Positions 10,633 to 20,346 of a stretch of 64,000 nt of DNA are shown piece by piece. The stretch lies in contig JAZOWZ010000067.1 in assembly GCA_045659485.1 (NCBI GenBank), forward strand, positions 3,248-67,247. Direction: 5' to 3'. The notes beneath the pieces were generated by a model that did not search any database, had not been told where the DNA came from, and saw only the letters and a list, made by a program, of their open reading frames with translations. A program made the translations under genes and the position numbers. This DNA comes from Faecalimonas sp. Its GTDB lineage: Bacteria; Bacillota; Clostridia; Lachnospirales; Lachnospiraceae. Position 1 is the stretch's first letter; each line of letters starts with the position of its first letter.

Positions 10633-12270
10633 TTAAGCTGTATGTTCAAGAACTTCTTCTGCAATATTTCTTGCATGGTCAGAAATACGTTCTAATCCAA
10701 CAAGTGTATCTAAGAATACAATGCCTGCTTCTGTATTACACTCGTTACTAGTAAGACGTTTGATGTGTTTTGTACGAAGATCCACTTCCAAAGTATCTGC
10801 TTTTCTCTCGAATTCGATTGCTTGTTGTGCTTTTTCTTTATCGTTGCTCATAAACGCATCAATGGCATAGTAATAACTATTGGCACAAGTATCTAGCATC
10901 TCTTTCATTTCTGCCTCTGCGACTTCTGAAAATGCAACCTTCTTTTCAGCCATAAATTCGGCGTACTCGGAAATATTTTCACAGTAATCACTGATACGCT
11001 CAATGTCAGACACCACCTGAACCAGACGCGTCGCATATTCATGCTCTTTCTTGCTAATCTGCATAGATGTAATCTTAATTGCATACTCGATGATGCCTGC
11101 ACAAAGCTTATCTACTTTATCTTCATCATCTCTTAATAATTGAATATCCTCTTTGTTTTTTGTGAACAATACCCGTTTTGCAATTTCTAGTGTATCTTTC
11201 ACAACCTCGCCCATACGACCCAGTTCTAAAACGGTAGCTTGCAATGCAAGTGAAGGAGTCTCTAGCATTCTATCGTCAAGAGATACTACACCATCATTCA
11301 CTTCTCCTTCTTTCACTCCACCGATCTTCTTTGCAAGCTTAATAATCATATTAGACACTGGGAATAACAGTGCTGTCGTTGCAATATTAAATATGGTGTG
11401 AACCAAACTAATTTCTGTTGCAGAAATAATACTTTCTCCCATTTCTGGATTGATCAATTTAAAGAACACAATGGAAGCCACACTGAAAAGAACCGTTCCA
11501 ATAATGTTAAATAGCAAATGCATAAGAGCTGCGGTCTTCGCATTCTTTTTTGCTCCCATACTAGACAAGAGTGCGGTGATACAAGTACCGATATTTTGTC
11601 CCATAATAATGTAAACTGCAGAGTTGAACGGAATCAAACCAGCCACTGCCAAACTTTGCAAAATACCTACAGATGCAGAAGAACTTTGAATAATTGCTGT
11701 AACACCTGCACCCACTAGAATACCTAAAATAGGATTTTTACCTAGATTTACAAACAGATTCGTAAATGCCGGCACATCCTTCAATCCAGACATAGAAACG
11801 GACATATTCTCAATACCGATAAATAAAAGTCCAAATCCAACTACAATACTTGCAATATCCTTTGTGGCACGTCTTTTTCCTACCATCATAACCACAACAC
11901 CAATTGCTATTGCAATCGGAGCCAACGTGGATGGTTTTAAAAATGAAGCCCACTCGCCCATCGATACAATCCATGCGGTCATTGTGGTACCAATGTTGGC
12001 ACCCATAATAACACCCATTGCCTGAGTCAGATTCATAATTCCCGCATTTACAAAACCAACAACCATAACTGTGGTAGCAGAAGAACTCTGAATGACTGCG
12101 GTAATGATTGCTCCGAGCATAACTCCCATAATCTTATTTTTTGTCAATGCTTCCAAAAGCTTTTTCATTCTGTTTCCAGCAGCGTTTTCCAACCCCTGAG
12201 ACATAATCTGCATTCCGTAGATAAACATCCCTAAGCCACCGGCAAACAAAAAAAGTTGCTCATAACCCAT
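10633..12270 (-). CDS. Na+/Pi cotransporter with C-terminal PhoU repeats
   Basis: Two QSSS motifs, GANIGTT and GQNIGT; C-terminal DIERISDY and LERISDHA PhoU-like helices. Confidence 0.9.
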   Translation of the reverse strand: MGYEQLFLFAGGLGMFIYGMQIMSQGLENAAGNRMKKLLEALTKNKIMGVMLGAIITAVIQSSSATTVMVVGFVNAGIMNLTQAMGVIMGANIGTTMTAWIVSMGEWASFLKPSTLAPIAIAIGVVVMMVGKRRATKDIASIVVGFGLLFIGIENMSVSMSGLKDVPAFTNLFVNLGKNPILGILVGAGVTAIIQSSSASVGILQSLAVAGLIPFNSAVYIIMGQNIGTCITALLSSMGAKKNAKTAALMHLLFNIIGTVLFSVASIVFFKLINPEMGESIISATEISLVHTIFNIATTALLFPVSNMIIKLAKKIGGVKEGEVNDGVVSLDDRMLETPSLALQATVLELGRMGEVVKDTLEIAKRVLFTKNKEDIQLLRDDEDKVDKLCAGIIEYAIKITSMQISKKEHEYATRLVQVVSDIERISDYCENISEYAEFMAEKKVAFSEVAEAEMKEMLDTCANSYYYAIDAFMSNDKEKAQQAIEFERKADTLEVDLRTKHIKRLTSNECNTEAGIVFLDTLVGLERISDHARNIAEEVLEHTA

Positions 12271-12361
12271 AATTTTTCCTCCTATGTTTCAAGTAAAATT
12301 TGCATATCTCTTCCTCAACATAGCACTCATCTTTTTTTTTAACAACCGACTTTCCGAAATA

Positions 12362-12389
12362 TTGACATAGATTTTACATAGATTTTACT
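12362..12389. promoter_or_regulatory. candidate Pho box (11-bp periodic direct repeat) upstream of the Na/Pi cotransporter
   Basis: TTGACA-TAGAT-TTTACA-TAGAT-TTTACT, resembling the TT(A/T/C)ACA repeats bound by Firmicute PhoP. Confidence 0.55.
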
Positions 12390-12745
12390 TACTTCTTCAT
12401 CTTCGGTTCAAAAATTAGTGATGCCAAATATCCAAAAATAAGTGCTGCAGAGATGCCTGCTGCGCTGGCTTTGAATCCACCCAAGAATGTCCCAATGAAT
12501 CCATTTTTATCTATCGCCTCTTTGACACCTTTCCATAGTACATTTCCAAAACCAAGTAACGGAACACTAGCTCCCGCCCCTGCAAACTTTGTAAATGGTT
12601 CATAGATATTCAAAAATCCCAAAACGGCACCTGCGCATACCAAAAGTACCATCACTCGTCCAGGCATTAACTTGGTACGGTCCAATAAGATTTGCACCAC
12701 TGCGCAGATTGCTCCGCCTATTAAAAATGCATATAAATAATCCAT
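12389..12745 (-). CDS. spoVAE: stage V sporulation protein AE
   Basis: AFLIGGAIC...FAGAGASVPLLGFG; follows spoVAD. Confidence 0.88.
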   Translation of the reverse strand: MDYLYAFLIGGAICAVVQILLDRTKLMPGRVMVLLVCAGAVLGFLNIYEPFTKFAGAGASVPLLGFGNVLWKGVKEAIDKNGFIGTFLGGFKASAAGISAALIFGYLASLIFEPKMKK

Positions 12746-12753
12746 ACGTCCTC

Positions 12754-13758
12754 CTAACAGTGTTCCAACACAATTCCGTGTGCAATTCCTGGAACACTCT
12801 GTCCTTCATTAAAACTTACAGTTGACATTAATGCCCCCGTCGGCACAAACAAAACACGTTTCCACTCGCCATTTTGTATCTTTGGCAAGATGTGAGCCGA
12901 CAAGGTAACCGCCGCACAACCACACCCACTTCCACCTGCATTGGTGTGTTGAGATTTCTGGTCAAAAATAATCATCCCGCAATCCATATGATTCTCTCGA
13001 ATATTGACACCCTCTTTTTCCAATAAATCAAAGAGAATACTCTGACCTACATACCCAAGGTCACCTGTGAATATTTTGTCGTACTCCTTTGCCTCTCGTT
13101 CAAAATCTTTGAGATTTTGCAAGATGGTATCACAAGCCGCTGGCGCCATACAAGCACCCATATTTTGAGAATCTTTGAGGCCGTAATCTACAATCTTTCC
13201 AACAGTAACTCCTGCTACCTTTACATGCGTTTTCTCGGTTCCCACCAAGAATGCACCACTGCCCGTCACAGTCCACTGAGATGATAATGGTCTTTGATTC
13301 GCGTATGCAAGAGGAAATCGGAATTCCTTTTCTGCACTTCCAAAATGACTGGAAGTAACTGCAAGCACACGTTCGCCATATCCCGCTGCCACACTCATAG
13401 AACTCAAAGCCAATGCTTCTCCCGATGTGGAGCAAGCGCCATAGAGTCCAAAAAGTGGTATGTGTAGCTCCTCAATTCCCATGGAAGTAGCAATCCCTTG
13501 CCTCAGCAAATCGCCTCCAAAAATATAGCGAACTTCCGTTTCTGGCACTCGTGCTTTTTCCAATGCTAAAAGGCAGGCCTGCTTTTGCATTTCACTCTCT
13601 GCCTCTTCCCAGGTATCCTGCCCAAATAGATTTTCTTCTTCTATGAAATCGAACTGTTTGCCAAGAGGCCCTTCACCTTCTTTTTTGCCCACCACATTTC
13701 CAGTACTCATAATGTAGGGCGCCTTGTCAAACAGAATACTCTGCTTTCCCTTTAACAT
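12754..13758 (-). CDS. spoVAD: stage V sporulation protein AD
   Basis: GKKEGEGPL, GLYGACST, SSHF-SAEKEFRFP, NMGACMAPAA, GGSGCGC. Confidence 0.93.
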   Translation of the reverse strand: MLKGKQSILFDKAPYIMSTGNVVGKKEGEGPLGKQFDFIEEENLFGQDTWEEAESEMQKQACLLALEKARVPETEVRYIFGGDLLRQGIATSMGIEELHIPLFGLYGACSTSGEALALSSMSVAAGYGERVLAVTSSHFGSAEKEFRFPLAYANQRPLSSQWTVTGSGAFLVGTEKTHVKVAGVTVGKIVDYGLKDSQNMGACMAPAACDTILQNLKDFEREAKEYDKIFTGDLGYVGQSILFDLLEKEGVNIRENHMDCGMIIFDQKSQHTNAGGSGCGCAAVTLSAHILPKIQNGEWKRVLFVPTGALMSTVSFNEGQSVPGIAHGIVLEHC

Positions 13759-13868
13759 AAACTTCACCTTCCTTTGGAATTATTTTCTCCGAAAAGAAAA
13801 TTTATATACTCTTTCAAAAGGTGTATGTTATAATATTTTTATAAAAATCACTACACAGGAGAAAGACT

Positions 13869-14477
13869 ATGTATTATGTACTCGTTATCCTAATTGCCTA
13901 CTTACTGGGCTCGTCTAATATGTCCTACTATATTTCGAAAATCAAAGGCGTAGATATGCAGACAAAAGGTTCTAAGAATCTCGGTGCCTCCAATGCTATG
14001 GTATTATTAGGTTGGAAATATGGCATTCTTGTTGGAATCCATGATATTGGGAAATCTGCCCTTGCCGTCTTCTTGGCACAACTAATTTTTCCAGACCTTC
14101 CATACATAGGTGCTGTTGCTGGGGTTTCCAGCGTCCTAGGTCACATTTTCCCATTCTATTTGAAGTTCAAAGGTGGAAAGGGATTTGCTTCCTATATCGG
14201 AATGACTCTCGCTTTGAACTGGAAACTGGCTTTGATTATTTGTGTCATCATCGTCTTGGCGACTTTAATCACAGACTATATCGTGGTGGGAACTACATTG
14301 ACGATAACCATTGTTCCAACTGCTCTTGGCATTATGGAACGTAATTGGCTGCTTCCTCTGATATTACTCTTGGGAACCATCGTAATCATATGGAAACATC
14401 GAGAAAATTATGTGCGCATTGTGAAAGGCACTGAAATTGGACTTCGAAGTGCCAATCGTGGCGAACATCGTTCATAA
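13869..14477 (+). CDS. plsY: glycerol-3-phosphate acyltransferase
   Basis: AYLLGS, GSKNLGASN, DIGK, GHIFPFYLKFKGGKG, KHRENYVRI-GTE. Confidence 0.88.
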   Translation: MYYVLVILIAYLLGSSNMSYYISKIKGVDMQTKGSKNLGASNAMVLLGWKYGILVGIHDIGKSALAVFLAQLIFPDLPYIGAVAGVSSVLGHIFPFYLKFKGGKGFASYIGMTLALNWKLALIICVIIVLATLITDYIVVGTTLTITIVPTALGIMERNWLLPLILLLGTIVIIWKHRENYVRIVKGTEIGLRSANRGEHRS

Positions 14478-14479
14478 AA

Positions 14480-14510
14480 GAAGGCGTGAAACTACTACGT
14501 TTCACGCCTT
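14480..14510. terminator. terminator between convergent plsY and the DUF4349 gene
   Basis: AAGGCGTGAAAC-TACTAC-GTTTCACGCCTT hairpin. Confidence 0.75.
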
Positions 14511-14523
14511 TAATAATTTCCTT

Positions 14524-15447
14524 TTATTCTTCTTTATCCTTTTTATTACTTCTTTTCTTTTTGCTTCGTTTCACGCAAATCACAACAATTGCTACAACAA
14601 TTGCCACATATGCCGCAACTGTCAAAACATACGGAATACTACTTATTACAAATACAAAGAATCTCACCAAGAACTTCCAAACATTTTCAAATCCCTCTTT
14701 AAGATTTGTGCCGATTTCCTGCCATACACTCTGCTCTCCTACAACTTCGACTCTCTCCACCTCTCGGATGTGAATCGTAATCGTTGTATAGTCAATCAAA
14801 TTGTCATAGGTTCTAAGTTGAGACTGATACGATTCTATCTCATAGATCACTTCTGTCAAACGTTCTTGAATTGCTATGACATCTTGCATAGTAGCAGCTT
14901 TGGCCATTAAACGTTCCAAAGTACTCTTCTCCGTCTGTAAAGCGGAAATTCTACTTTCAATATCCACATATTGAAGTGTTACATCTTCTGTAGATATTTC
15001 TTTATTTGTAACCGTACTGTTCTTTGAAACGAACTCTGTAATTTTATCACTTTGCTTTGCTGGAACTCGAACTGTCAATTCCGCATATCGCTCGTTGTCA
15101 TATTCGAAGTTATCACCCGAAACAGAAGATGCCTCTATGTATCCACCCACTTTTTGAATCTCATCATTCAATTTTCCCATCAGCGCATCAAATTCTTTTG
15201 TCTGGGCATTAAGATAAATCTTCTCGATAATTTTTCTGTTCTCTTTTACACCCACATTCTCTTTACTTGAAGATGTTGGTGCATTCGTATCTAGCAAAGC
15301 TCCAGAATCTTTGATGTCTTCCATCTCTAATTTTCCAGTAGAATTTCCAGAATTATCCTTGCTTTTTTGGCCACATGCCGCGAGTGTTGACAATAGTAGT
15401 ACACCTATTACTATCATTGTAATGATACGTTTACTCAATTTTTTCAT
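14524..15447 (-). CDS. DUF4349-domain lipoprotein
   Basis: LAAC lipobox; GGYIE, LTVRVP, EDVTLQYVD coiled coil; C-terminal TM. Confidence 0.8.
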   Translation of the reverse strand: MKKLSKRIITMIVIGVLLLSTLAACGQKSKDNSGNSTGKLEMEDIKDSGALLDTNAPTSSSKENVGVKENRKIIEKIYLNAQTKEFDALMGKLNDEIQKVGGYIEASSVSGDNFEYDNERYAELTVRVPAKQSDKITEFVSKNSTVTNKEISTEDVTLQYVDIESRISALQTEKSTLERLMAKAATMQDVIAIQERLTEVIYEIESYQSQLRTYDNLIDYTTITIHIREVERVEVVGEQSVWQEIGTNLKEGFENVWKFLVRFFVFVISSIPYVLTVAAYVAIVVAIVVICVKRSKKKRSNKKDKEE

Positions 15448-15553
15448 TGACAGTCACCTCCCTGACTTTGTTCACTTGGTACTTATATTATAACTCTTTG
15501 TTTTGCATTAGAAAAGTGCCAGAATCCACTTTCTAGTGTTTTCTGGCACAGTT

Positions 15554-15982
15554 TTAAAACAGTGTCGTAATCCAATAAATCACACCCAGCACCCAGCTGG
15601 TAAATATCCCATACAAAATTACCGGTCCAGCAATTGTAAATATCTTCGCCCCAATCCCAAAGACCTGCCCTTCTTTTTGATATTCAATAGCTGGCGCTGC
15701 AACCGAGTTTGCAAATCCTGTAATCGGAACAAGCGCCCCTGCTCCGCCCCACTGTGCAATCGGCCCGTAGAGATTGAGCCCTGTTAAAACCACACTGATA
15801 AGCACCAAAAGAAGTGACGTCCATGCACTTGCGATATCCTCCTTCACACCTTGATCCTTCCAATAATTTAAAATCACTTGTCCCACAAGACAAATGGCGC
15901 CTCCCACAAGGAATGCCTTTAACATATTCAAATATACATTATTCTTTGGAGTCTTTTCCTCCACATACTTTTTATAATCCAT
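15554..15982 (-). CDS. spoVAC: stage V sporulation protein AC
   Basis: AFLVGGAIC, GAGALVPITGFANS, IFTIAGPVILYG. Confidence 0.9.
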   Translation of the reverse strand: MDYKKYVEEKTPKNNVYLNMLKAFLVGGAICLVGQVILNYWKDQGVKEDIASAWTSLLLVLISVVLTGLNLYGPIAQWGGAGALVPITGFANSVAAPAIEYQKEGQVFGIGAKIFTIAGPVILYGIFTSWVLGVIYWITTLF

Positions 15983-15993
15983 ATCTATCCTTT

Positions 15994-16410
15994 CTACCAT
16001 CCCATAAAGAAATAAACGAATGAACCGATTCCTTTACCGATGGCTATTCCTAATATAACAAAACCAATTCCCTTAGCTAATTTTATTCGTCTCGAAAAAA
16101 TAGGAAACACATTTAGCACCTCTGTAAGCGCAATCGCCCAGCATCCCACAAACATCCCTGCCAGAAATCCAAACGGCCCCAATAGCCAGGAAAGCACAGG
16201 AAATTGCAATCCATACGTATAGAGAACATTTCCAACAATTCCCCCAACCGCAACTGCATCCTCATATAAAGAGATATATCGTGCGGTGCGCGTACGGTCT
16301 GCAAAATCAGAAATGACACCTAGACTAACGATGAAACCAAACAGACCTCCCGCCACAATGGCCCCCGCGCTAAAACCTATAACTGCCATTATTATCTGTT
16401 TGATCCACAT
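15994..16410 (-). CDS. spoVAB: stage V sporulation protein AB
   Basis: Hydrophobic; GMFVGCWAIALTEVLNVFPI...AIGKGIGS; operon position. Confidence 0.85.
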   Translation of the reverse strand: MWIKQIIMAVIGFSAGAIVAGGLFGFIVSLGVISDFADRTRTARYISLYEDAVAVGGIVGNVLYTYGLQFPVLSWLLGPFGFLAGMFVGCWAIALTEVLNVFPIFSRRIKLAKGIGFVILGIAIGKGIGSFVYFFMGW

Positions 16411-17035
16411 CTAACTCTTGCCCCTTTCTCGAACGTTCTGCAATAATGGTTGTCTGTATATCATTCTCATACAATTGCATTTCTATCTCAATTGGAGATG
16501 GGTCTACCGTGAATTTCTTTTTTCCAAAATGGTTGAAAAATACAATAATACCGGCCGTTAAACCCACACTGTAAGAAGCTTCCAATACAGAGAATCCCTC
16601 GTGCGTTTTCCCTGTAAACATCTCATAAATCTGAACAAAAAGCTGGGATGTGCCAGAGTCATTATTAAATGTCATAATAGCAAATGCGGCGCCCACAAAA
16701 CTAAGCAAGCAAACAAGAACAACTTTTGTCCATTGCCAGACCGCATTGTTCTTTTTCTGTGCTTCGTAGACGACTATCACATCCGGCGCCCCCATATTTT
16801 GAATCTCTAGATTCGGATACTCCTTGTGAATAGACTCAATGATTTTCAAAATAGAAAGGACATATCTGTGCTTCCCCTGGTCCGGCATCTTCATAACTTT
16901 TATGTTTTTTAGTTTAAACACAACTTGAGGATCGGCACTCTCCATTTCAATCAAATCTCCAAGAGTCACGTCCCGATTCTTCACTTCCACGCATTGGTCT
17001 GCTTTTATATAGAGTATCACTTTTCCTACTGCCAT
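16370..17035 (-). CDS. spoVAA: stage V sporulation protein AA
   Basis: FVGAAFAIMTFNND, YSVGL..GIIVFFNH, PSPIEIEM-LYE. Confidence 0.87.
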   Translation of the reverse strand: MAVGKVILYIKADQCVEVKNRDVTLGDLIEMESADPQVVFKLKNIKVMKMPDQGKHRYVLSILKIIESIHKEYPNLEIQNMGAPDVIVVYEAQKKNNAVWQWTKVVLVCLLSFVGAAFAIMTFNNDSGTSQLFVQIYEMFTGKTHEGFSVLEASYSVGLTAGIIVFFNHFGKKKFTVDPSPIEIEMQLYENDIQTTIIAERSRKGQELDVDQTDNNGSYRF

Positions 17036-17193
17036 AAATTATTCCACCATTCACAGGTTCCAGAAATCAATGTTCCTTCCTGTTTGATTCTAGTGTCTCC
17101 CAAATCGTGATAATAATAAAGAATCCCCATAACGATTGCCAAAATAACTACACATAGCAAACATATGCGGACTCTTCTTTTTGCTTTCTCCAT
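17026..17193 (-). CDS. small single-TM hypothetical protein (55 aa) between sigF and spoVAA
   Basis: Below the ORF-track cutoff. MEKAKRRVRICLLCVVILAIVMGILYYYHDLG...; GGTGGAG RBS; overlaps the spoVAA start. Confidence 0.6.
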   Translation of the reverse strand: MEKAKRRVRICLLCVVILAIVMGILYYYHDLGDTRIKQEGTLISGTCEWWNNLWQ

Positions 17194-17216
17194 ATCTCCA
17201 CCTTCTTTCCAAAAAT

Positions 17217-17245
17217 AGTATGTCTATTTTCTTTGGAAAGATACA
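17217..17245 (-). promoter_or_regulatory. candidate sigma-G promoter for the spoVA genes
   Basis: Minus strand GTATC-N17-CATACTA, similar to the B. subtilis sigG consensus; spoVA is sigG-dependent in Bacillus. Confidence 0.45.
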
Positions 17246-17958
17246 TCTATTTTTCCTCTTAATGTTTTTAATATTTTTTTCTCCATTCTAGACACTTGAA
17301 CTTGAGAAATTCCTAATTCTTTTCCAACTTCTGTCTGTGTTTTATTTGCAAAATAGCGCAAACAAATAAGCGTTCTAGACTCCTCATCTAACTCTTCTAA
17401 CAACTGCTTCAAAAGCATTCGATTCAATATTTTATCTTCCTGCCGCTCCTTTTCCTCCAGCTTGTCCACCAATGCAATCTCATTTCCATCCTTTTGATAA
17501 ATTGGTTTATAAAGAGACTCCACTTCATTGGTGGCATCAAGGGCCATGACTAATTCTTCCTTATCCACCTGTAACTTCTCTGCTAATTCCTCAATTGTTG
17601 GATCTCGCTGCAAATCTTCCTGCAATTTTTCTTTCACAATATACGCCTTATAAGATAACTCTTTCAATGATCTACTCACCTTAATCATACCATCATCACG
17701 GAGAAATCTTTTGATTTCTCCCGAAATCATCGGAACTGCATAGGTGGAAAATTTTACATCAAAAGACAAATCAAACTTGTCAATGGCTTTTAATAGACCG
17801 ATACTTCCGATTTGAAATAAATCTTCAGCCTCCACTCCACGCCCGTAAAATCTCCGCACTACACACCACACCAGCCCCATATTTTCTTCAACCAACTGTA
17901 CCCTCGCTTGTTCATCCCCGTCGTGAGACTTTTGAATCAAAGCGATTGTGTGCTCCAT
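17224..17958 (-). CDS. sigF: RNA polymerase sporulation sigma factor F
   Basis: EDLFQIGSIGLLKAIDKFD, KFSTYAVPMI-GEIKRFLRDDG; follows spoIIAA and spoIIAB. Confidence 0.93.
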   Translation of the reverse strand: MEHTIALIQKSHDGDEQARVQLVEENMGLVWCVVRRFYGRGVEAEDLFQIGSIGLLKAIDKFDLSFDVKFSTYAVPMISGEIKRFLRDDGMIKVSRSLKELSYKAYIVKEKLQEDLQRDPTIEELAEKLQVDKEELVMALDATNEVESLYKPIYQKDGNEIALVDKLEEKERQEDKILNRMLLKQLLEELDEESRTLICLRYFANKTQTEVGKELGISQVQVSRMEKKILKTLRGKIDVSFQRK

Positions 17959-18392
17959 AATTCCCTACCTTTTCCTATTTCTTTGTACATTTTGACAGTC
18001 GTTCCTTTCCCAAGTTCAGATTCCACAGAAATATCATCCATAAACGCTTCCATGAAAGAAAATCCCATCCCTGAGCGTTCCAATTCCGGCTTGGTCGTAA
18101 AAAGCGGCTCCATAGCACGCTTCACATCATCCATACCTTTTCCGTAGTCTTCAATCTCTATGTACAAAGTTTGTTCCCTCAGCCAACAATGGATTCGAAT
18201 TTTATCCACTTTCTTTTCATATCCATGAATAATGGCATTTGTAACTGCTTCCGATACCGCGGTCTTTACATCCGCCACTTCTTCCAGTGTTGGATTTAAT
18301 TGTGTCATAAACGCTGCAACAGCTACTCTCGCAAACCCTTCGTTGACAGATCTGCTTTCAAAAATCAATTCCATTTCATTTGTATTTTTCAT
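17937..18392 (-). CDS. spoIIAB: anti-sigma F factor
   Basis: NEGFARVAVAAF, AVSEAVTNAIIHGY, ERSGMGF. Confidence 0.95.
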   Translation of the reverse strand: MKNTNEMELIFESRSVNEGFARVAVAAFMTQLNPTLEEVADVKTAVSEAVTNAIIHGYEKKVDKIRIHCWLREQTLYIEIEDYGKGMDDVKRAMEPLFTTKPELERSGMGFSFMEAFMDDISVESELGKGTTVKMYKEIGKGRELWSTQSL

Positions 18393-18703
18393 AGTTCTTC
18401 CTCCTCATATATTTGAATAATTTTCGTGACACCTGACATTGTTAAAATTTTTTTCATTCGTTCATTCGCATTGATGGCCCATACTTCTCCCCCAAGTAAA
18501 TAAACCATCCGATACCTTCCCATCAACACACCAATCCCTGAGCTATCCATAAAATTGGTCTCCTCAAAATCAAAGATGACACATTTGATGTGGTGCTTTT
18601 CTATCAGACGATCTGATTTTTTTCTTATGTGTTCTGCGTTGTGATGGTCTAACTCTTTTGGCAAAAAGATAGTTAGACAATTTTCTTGTACTTGATAATT
18701 CAT
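18389..18703 (-). CDS. spoIIAA: anti-anti-sigma F factor (STAS)
   Basis: ELDHH, FMDSSGIGVLMGRY. Confidence 0.93.
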   Translation of the reverse strand: MNYQVQENCLTIFLPKELDHHNAEHIRKKSDRLIEKHHIKCVIFDFEETNFMDSSGIGVLMGRYRMVYLLGGEVWAINANERMKKILTMSGVTKIIQIYEEEEL

Positions 18704-18771
18704 GATTACTCCCCCTTTAACAAACAAAAAGACATGTAACCTCTCTCGTTACATGTCCTCTTTTGTATCTC

Positions 18772-20100
18772 TTATTCATTTTCATTGGTTTTTATAGTTT
18801 GCATTTTTTCAGATGCTCTTTTTGCAACATCCGTATCAGGATATAACGACACCAACTTTTCATAAGTTGTCTTTGCCTTTTCTGCATCCTTCTGGTTCAC
18901 ATAAATATCTACCAATAAGTACAAGGCTTCGCCTGATTTATATTTCGCATCCATAGCAACCACTTTTTCCAGATTGTTCTTTGCCCTTGTATAATTGAGT
19001 ACGTCATAGCTTTCTTTTGCACTCTTATACAATTTTTCACACTGTACTGGATAAATGTCTTTGGTCATACTCTCATAGGTCTTTTTTCCTACTTCTCCAA
19101 AAGACTCTGTGTTAATTGCCAACAATTCATCCACCAAGTTCAAACGGCTATAATTTTCATTATTATAGTGCTGTAGCGCTTTCATTAAAGCCTCATAATT
19201 TCCTTGTGTGCCTTTTGCACGCTCTTTTTCAGCTTCCACTGCATCACTATCGCTTTTGTATTTATCCAATTCTTTTGCCTGCAAATCCAGCTCGCTCTCT
19301 AGTGCTGCAATCTGTTCGCTAAATGCAATAATCTGTTCGTTTGTCTTAGCATTCATGTTTTGCTTAATTGCAGGAATTGCAATCAATCCTACGACTGATG
19401 CCCCTATCACAAGTCCAATCAAAATATTGACAATTGTAAGCAATGTGGCATTATCTTTGAGAGTGGATGACACTGGCTGTATGATTGTCTCATTCCCTAG
19501 ATTATAAGAAACTGTTTGCGCCTTTTCAGACTTTAATTTTACCGCTTTTTCTTTATGCAACTGCTTCAGTTCATGCATATATCGAAGGGTAATCTCATTG
19601 GTCGTATCCAATCGATGTGCTTTTCGAATCAATTGCCTTGCCTTCGCATATTGTTCTGTCTGCATATACAGTAATGCCAGCAATTGATACGCCTTCAAAA
19701 ATGTCGGATGAACCGCCAATATTTTCTTCAACTGAATTGCCGCCAGATCTTCACTGTTTTGCTGACACTGAATGAGGCACTGGTTATACTTTTGTACCGC
19801 CTGATTGATTGCCTCCAGTTCAGCAGTAGATTCTTGCACTTTTTTAATAAAATAGCTTGCAATATTTCCATGCTCTTTAATATTCTTACTAACAATCCAT
19901 TCTACTAAAGCTTCTGCCACTTCTCCGCGGCCATAATATACAAGTCCCAACAGATTTCGCGCCGCAACATTATCACGATTAAATTGCAGACTACGTCTCA
20001 AAGAAATGATAGCGCCAGATAAATCTCGAATATTCGCTTTTTTTAAACCATCGTTATACCATTGATTCGATAGGTATACTAATTTCTTTGTATATTCCAC
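18772..20100 (-). CDS. TPR-repeat membrane protein
   Basis: N-terminal TPR-like helices (ARNLLGLVYY), central TM, coiled coil, C-terminal TPR-like helices. Confidence 0.75.
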   Translation of the reverse strand: MEYTKKLVYLSNQWYNDGLKKANIRDLSGAIISLRRSLQFNRDNVAARNLLGLVYYGRGEVAEALVEWIVSKNIKEHGNIASYFIKKVQESTAELEAINQAVQKYNQCLIQCQQNSEDLAAIQLKKILAVHPTFLKAYQLLALLYMQTEQYAKARQLIRKAHRLDTTNEITLRYMHELKQLHKEKAVKLKSEKAQTVSYNLGNETIIQPVSSTLKDNATLLTIVNILIGLVIGASVVGLIAIPAIKQNMNAKTNEQIIAFSEQIAALESELDLQAKELDKYKSDSDAVEAEKERAKGTQGNYEALMKALQHYNNENYSRLNLVDELLAINTESFGEVGKKTYESMTKDIYPVQCEKLYKSAKESYDVLNYTRAKNNLEKVVAMDAKYKSGEALYLLVDIYVNQKDAEKAKTTYEKLVSLYPDTDVAKRASEKMQTIKTNENE

Positions 20101-20119
20101 TTATTTCACCATCATTCAC

Positions 20120-20251
20120 TTATTTTTGTTGTACATATTCTTTGAGAATATCTGTCATATCCGTCAAATCTTCCTGATAAACCGCCTCTTCAATGTCTTC
20201 CACTTCAAGGCACGGTTTGAATTTCTTTAATTCTTCTTCAAAATTTAACAT
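20120..20251 (-). CDS. small acidic hypothetical protein (43 aa)
   Basis: Below the ORF-track cutoff. MLNFEEELKKFKPCLEVEDIEEAVYQEDLTDMTDILKEYVQQK; AGGAG RBS; ends just upstream of the TPR gene. Confidence 0.65.
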   Translation of the reverse strand: MLNFEEELKKFKPCLEVEDIEEAVYQEDLTDMTDILKEYVQQK

Positions 20252-20346
20252 ATCGTTTTCTCTCCTAACATAACCATCATACGCACTTAACTTCAAAAAA
20301 GCAATATCTATCCGTGCGCATTTTTCGTGGTTTATCTACACAAACC

